From Candidatus Saccharimonadales bacterium (GTDB taxonomy: Bacteria; Patescibacteriota; Saccharimonadia; Saccharimonadales; UBA10212), in the NCBI GenBank assembly GCA_040879175.1, contig JBBDKW010000017.1, forward strand, positions 5,505 through 58,806: a stretch of 53,302 nt of DNA. Direction: 5' to 3'. A model generated the notes under the pieces. That model had not been told where the DNA came from and searched no databases. It saw only the letters and a list, made by a program, of their open reading frames with translations. Below, in pieces: positions 51,279 to 53,302 of this stretch (positions are counted from its first letter, which is position 1; the number at the start of each line of letters is the position of its first letter). A program made the translations under genes and the position numbers.

Positions 51279-52525
51279 GAGAGGAGGGGTGGCGCCGTGA
51301 CGCAGCCGAAACGCTCGGCCGTCGCCATAAACCCGACCATTGGTTGTTTGTGCTGACTGCGTTGCTACTTGGCGTCGGCCTGGTAGTGGTATATTCAATC
51401 AGTCCTGGCTTGGCGGCGTCTCAGCGCATCAGCCAGAACTACTTCATCACCAAACAGCTAATCGACGTCGGCCTCGGCCTGGCGGCTTTTGCTTTCGCGG
51501 TTTTTTTTCCGGTGCGCCGCTGGATGGCACTGACCACTCCCATAGCGGCGCTCGCTGCTGTTGCCTCGATATTTGTATTATTTACACCCCTCAATGAGGC
51601 TTATCAGGCCCACCGTTGGATCAGGGTAGGCGACTTTTCATTCCAGGCGGCAGAGCTGATCAAACTGGCACTGCTGCTTTGGCTGGCTAAATTTTTGACT
51701 GAGCGGTGGCGGGCTGGCAGGCTGTCGGACTCACGAAATGTTTTGCAAATCTTAATAGCCATTTTAGTCCTAATTGGCGTAATGGTTGCCAAATTCCAAA
51801 GCGACCTTGGTTCGGCGGCTGTAATGGTGGCTATGTTGGGCCTAATGGCTTATGCTGCCGGATTGCCGATGAAACGCATTGCCCTTATCGGGGCAACCAT
51901 TGTCTTGTTTCTATCGTTGGCGATAGTAAGCAGTGATTATCGGCGGGAAAGATTCACCGCTTTTCTAAACCCCGGCGAAAATTGCCAAACTTCAGGATAT
52001 CAGGCATGCCAGGCACTTATCTCCGTTGGCTCCGGCGGCTTGTTTGGCCAGGGGCTTGGTTACGGAGTACAAGCCTATGGTTATCTGCCGGAGGCTGGCA
52101 ACGATTCAATCTTCGCAATTATGGCCGAGAAATTCGGCTTTATCGGCACCGCCGGCATCGTGTTGCTATACGGGGTGTTTATTAGGCGCCTGAAGATTAT
52201 TGCTACACATACGGCTGACGCATTTAGCCGATTGGTAGTCGTGGGTGTGTTGGCATGGTTCAGTACCCAGATGGTTATTAATGTCGGCGCTATGCTAGGG
52301 CTTCTGCCACTGAAAGGCATAACCCTACCGTTAATCAGCCAAGGCGGTACCAGTATCGTTTGCCTGATGGCGGCTTTGGGGCTGGTTTATCAGATTTCAC
52401 GCTATACTAGTTACAGCGAAGTTAGTCAAAGAGCCCAAAGTGAAAAAAGCACCAACCATAGTCTTGACGGGCGGCGGCTCAGGCGGGCACATAATGCCCC
52501 TGTTGTCGCTCGCCCACGCGCTTAA
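51275..52525 (+). CDS. ftsW: SEDS-family peptidoglycan glycosyltransferase FtsW
   Basis: I prefer ATG 51275, which overlaps the mraY stop (ATGA), over the listed 51212. It has about 10 TM helices. SEDS motifs LPEAGNDSIFA and PLKGITLPLISQGGTS are present. Confidence 0.9.
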   Translation: MREEGWRRDAAETLGRRHKPDHWLFVLTALLLGVGLVVVYSISPGLAASQRISQNYFITKQLIDVGLGLAAFAFAVFFPVRRWMALTTPIAALAAVASIFVLFTPLNEAYQAHRWIRVGDFSFQAAELIKLALLLWLAKFLTERWRAGRLSDSRNVLQILIAILVLIGVMVAKFQSDLGSAAVMVAMLGLMAYAAGLPMKRIALIGATIVLFLSLAIVSSDYRRERFTAFLNPGENCQTSGYQACQALISVGSGGLFGQGLGYGVQAYGYLPEAGNDSIFAIMAEKFGFIGTAGIVLLYGVFIRRLKIIATHTADAFSRLVVVGVLAWFSTQMVINVGAMLGLLPLKGITLPLISQGGTSIVCLMAALGLVYQISRYTSYSEVSQRAQSEKSTNHSLDGRRLRRAHNAPVVARPRA

Positions 52526-53302
52526 GGAATCATCTCCTGGCTGCCGGGTTGTCTATATCGGGCAAAAAGGAGAGACTTTGTCGGATAGCCTAAAAGACCG
52601 ATTTACGGTTTTTGAACAGGTTTTTACTATTCCGGCCGGAAAATTCCGTCGTTACCACGGCGAGAGCCTGCTGGCTCATTTAACAGATATACGTACTATA
52701 GGTCTGAACATCCGAGATTTTTTCCGGGTTCTATCTGGCATAGGCTACTCCCGAAAGTATCTCAAACACCTTAAACCAGATGCTGTTTTTTCAAAGGGCG
52801 GCTATGTGGCGGTTCCGGTGGGCATTGCGGCGCGGTTGCTGGGGATCCCGATTGTGACACACGATTCGGATACTGTCCCGGGCCTGGCAAACCGCATAGT
52901 CGGACGCTTTGCAGCAGTTCACGCTACCGGTATGCCGACTGGCCGCTATAAGTATCCCAGTGAGTACACCCACTACGTCGGGATTCCGCTTGACGAGCGC
53001 ATCAAGCCGGTCACAAAATCTACACAAACCAGCTTTAAAAAGCAGCTCGGGCTGCCGGCTGACTCTCAAGTCCTATTAGTCGGTGGGGCAGGCTTGGGGG
53101 CAAGGGATGTCAACAGCAAAGTGCTGGCGATCGCCCCGGCACTTCTAAAGCAATTTAACAACTTGCAGATTATTCATATAAGCGGGCATAAGCACGAGAA
53201 GCTGATGCAAGCCGGGTACGAAGCGGCTACTTTGGCTGCAATTGACAGGGTCAGAGTCATCGGCTTTAGTGACGAATTTTACAAATACACCGGCGCGGCT
53301 GA
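52440..53302 (+). CDS. murG: UDP-N-acetylglucosamine--N-acetylmuramyl-(pentapeptide) pyrophosphoryl-undecaprenol GlcNAc transferase MurG (partial, runs off the window)
   Basis: This ORF is not in the track because it is open-ended. My own translation from GTG 52440 is VKKAPTIVLTGGGSGGHIMPLLSLAHAL...VFSKGGYVAVPVGIAARLLGIPIVTHDSDTVPGLANR. It overlaps the ftsW 3' end by 86 nt. Confidence 0.85.
   Translation, partial: MKKAPTIVLTGGGSGGHIMPLLSLAHALKESSPGCRVVYIGQKGETLSDSLKDRFTVFEQVFTIPAGKFRRYHGESLLAHLTDIRTIGLNIRDFFRVLSGIGYSRKYLKHLKPDAVFSKGGYVAVPVGIAARLLGIPIVTHDSDTVPGLANRIVGRFAAVHATGMPTGRYKYPSEYTHYVGIPLDERIKPVTKSTQTSFKKQLGLPADSQVLLVGGAGLGARDVNSKVLAIAPALLKQFNNLQIIHISGHKHEKLMQAGYEAATLAAIDRVRVIGFSDEFYKYTGAA

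Noticed and set aside
1-53302. Alternative genetic code (UGA recoded as Gly or Trp, as in some CPR lineages)
   Set aside because: TGA terminates well-supported genes at the expected lengths, for example the ATGA junctions at 7119, 34954 and 51275 and the serS stop. RF2 is present and intact.
1-53302. CRISPR arrays, tRNA, rRNA or tmRNA genes, transposases and integrases
   Set aside because: I saw no regularly spaced 25-40-nt direct repeats, no GGTTCGAATCC-type T-arms in spacers, no rRNA-like stretches and no DDE or tyrosine-recombinase ORFs. This was a visual scan only, so tRNAscan-SE, Infernal and ISfinder should confirm it.

Overview
This 53.3-kb chromosomal window is coded almost entirely on the + strand. 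It reads like a small-genome, host-dependent bacterium. My inference is Patescibacteria/CPR, possibly Saccharimonadia-like. That rests only on gene content and architecture, not on a marker-gene search. The genetic code looks standard: TGA ends several well-supported genes and an intact RF2 is present.

The housekeeping backbone, in order:
- serS, hpf-like, secA, an M16 peptidase and prfB
- ftsE, ftsX, a PcsB-like CHAP hydrolase and ctpA
- pyrG, rpmA, recO and glyQS
- a reduced dcw cluster: mraZ, rsmH, ftsL, ftsI, mraY, ftsW and a partial murG that runs off the 3' end

I saw no rRNA, tRNA, CRISPR array, transposase or integrase.

The best candidates for something new:
1. An AT-rich islet at about 3.1-5.7 kb. 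It holds a catalytic-domain-only DpnI-like nuclease, an unlisted 48-aa zinc-ribbon ORF, and a translationally coupled pair. The pair is a MazG-like NTP pyrophosphohydrolase and an EVE/PUA-like reader fused to a PD-(D/E)xK nuclease. I read the pair as a candidate defence module against base-modified DNA.
2. A structured intergenic repeat of about 75-90 nt, present in at least four copies. Its central hairpin is replaced wholesale between two subtypes. One copy sits in an abnormal 430-bp gap between mraZ and rsmH.
3. A GC-rich, ORF-free unit of about 300 nt on the - strand at 1176-1478, with its own promoter-like boxes and terminator.
4. Several cis-elements:
   - an 18-bp perfect stem that buries a ribosome-binding site
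   - a 38-bp perfect palindrome made of three GTTATAAC boxes at 11-bp phasing, next to an AbrB-like gene
   - MraZ-type GTGGGTA boxes
   - a promoter-to-terminator leader

Many genes appear to be leaderless. All functional calls rest on motif recognition from memory and need HMM or structure confirmation.
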